Source of the DNA: a virus
Lineage: Duplodnaviria > Caudoviricetes
IMG/VR virus record: IMGVR_UViG_3300046103_002580
Coordinates: 1 to 39,070 of that record
Strand: one strand, 5' to 3'
DNA: 39,070 nucleotides
How positions within the stretch are numbered: position 1 is the stretch's first letter; every line of letters starts with the position of its first letter. Made by a program: the position numbers and the translations under genes. The notes beneath the pieces are model-generated. The model was not told where the DNA came from. It was given only the letters and a program-made list of their open reading frames with translations, and ran no database searches. This document shows positions 38,310 through 39,070 of this stretch, piece by piece.

Positions 38310-39070
38310 TCATTCCATAAGATAAGTTAATATATAATTAGCAGGGGTCATTTGATTAGTTTTTGCCTCTCTATAATGAAGTCTATTAAGCCTATCATAA
38401 TTTTTTTGTGCTTTAGATTCTTTTTTATCTCCTGTATAAATACCATTTACATAATCTTTATACATTGTGTATTTTTCTATTCCACCACCTTTTTTTAATT
38501 TTTTTGTTTGATAGTCTACACCAAGCGTAGGAGTAATAATTTTTGCAGTTCTGTTTGAAGTTTGAAGAATAGGATCTATATTACCCGTGGTTGGATCTGT
38601 TACTCTTGACCACATAGCTTCATCTATTGTACTTCCATTTGGGTTTACACCCCACCAAGCTCCTGAAGGTCTGTAATTAACATTTTTATTAACCATGTTG
38701 GTATATGGTCCTACCTCATCTTCAAAATCACAACTTCCTAAATAACAATTTTCTGCTTTAGATTCTTGAAATATATCTGCTATTTCAGTATTTGGTATAC
38801 CCCCTAACATACCACCGCTATGCCCAAATATAAACATTGCATCATTTTTATTTAAGTCAGCAACTTTTTCTCTCATTGTATCAGGGTTATCATATGTAGG
38901 AACTATTTCTACATTAGTGTCTGGATGCAATCTTTCATAAACTCTTTGTAAGTTTTGAGCCTCTTTATAAAAAGTTGAATCCGTACTTGTAATTGCAGAA
39001 TTAAATTCACTATTATAAAAATCATTAAATGCGTTGTCACCTGTTTTATAAAGCGGTAAAAGTTGTGAGT
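38310..39070 (-). CDS. 5'-truncated gene; C-terminal part has a possible caspase-fold (clan CD) His/Cys protease domain
   Basis: The frame stays open from the track's TTG (38930) to the window edge, so the true start lies outside. AMFIFGHSG...CYLGSC, then LKKGGG and a short basic tail. Confidence 0.6.
   Translation of the reverse strand, partial: SQLLPLYKTGDNAFNDFYNSEFNSAITSTDSTFYKEAQNLQRVYERLHPDTNVEIVPTYDNPDTMREKVADLNKNDAMFIFGHSGGMLGGIPNTEIADIFQESKAENCYLGSCDFEDEVGPYTNMVNKNVNYRPSGAWWGVNPNGSTIDEAMWSRVTDPTTGNIDPILQTSNRTAKIITPTLGVDYQTKKLKKGGGIEKYTMYKDYVNGIYTGDKKESKAQKNYDRLNRLHYREAKTNQMTPANYILTYLME

Larger units (their letters stand above)
1..39070. mobile_element. crAss-like bacteriophage genome segment (probable Bacteroidota host)
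   Basis: Giant DFDID-type RNAP gene among large cargo genes, tail fibres, holins and RNR; A-rich leaders without Shine-Dalgarno sequences; no host housekeeping genes or integrase seen. Confidence 0.88.

Noticed and set aside
1-39070. Stop-codon reassignment, which occurs in some crAss-like phages
   Set aside because: Very long ORFs are intact in the standard code. TAG ends nrdA right after the expected CxxCEG, and TGA ends the last gene before an intergenic gap.

Overview
AT-rich (roughly 30% GC by eye), densely coded bacteriophage DNA, most consistent with the late/structural region of a crAss-like (Crassvirales-type) phage of a Bacteroidota host, probably an aquatic flavobacterium. Almost all genes are on the minus strand. 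From the right end: a truncated gene with a possible His/Cys protease domain; three putative internal-virion 'cargo' genes (1162, 783, 1085 aa); a 4892-aa protein carrying a crAss-type virion RNA polymerase signature (RIPSQ...GADFDIDK) between two HExxH zincin motifs; a 1947-aa protein with a PD-(D/E)xK nuclease domain; a holin; then small basic proteins, a second holin and two tail-fibre-like genes. A plus-strand nrdB-nrdA pair with class Id (Mn-dependent) ligand signatures interrupts this block. The most unusual signal is a short x-x-x-G-G / A-x-x-G motif. It recurs about 27 times in six ORFs, appears to delimit separate modules in the 1162-aa protein, and makes up much of three tiny proteins. 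Together with three candidate protease domains, this suggests a protease-processed virion cargo polyprotein system (inference, untested). All family calls come from motif recognition only; no database search was run.
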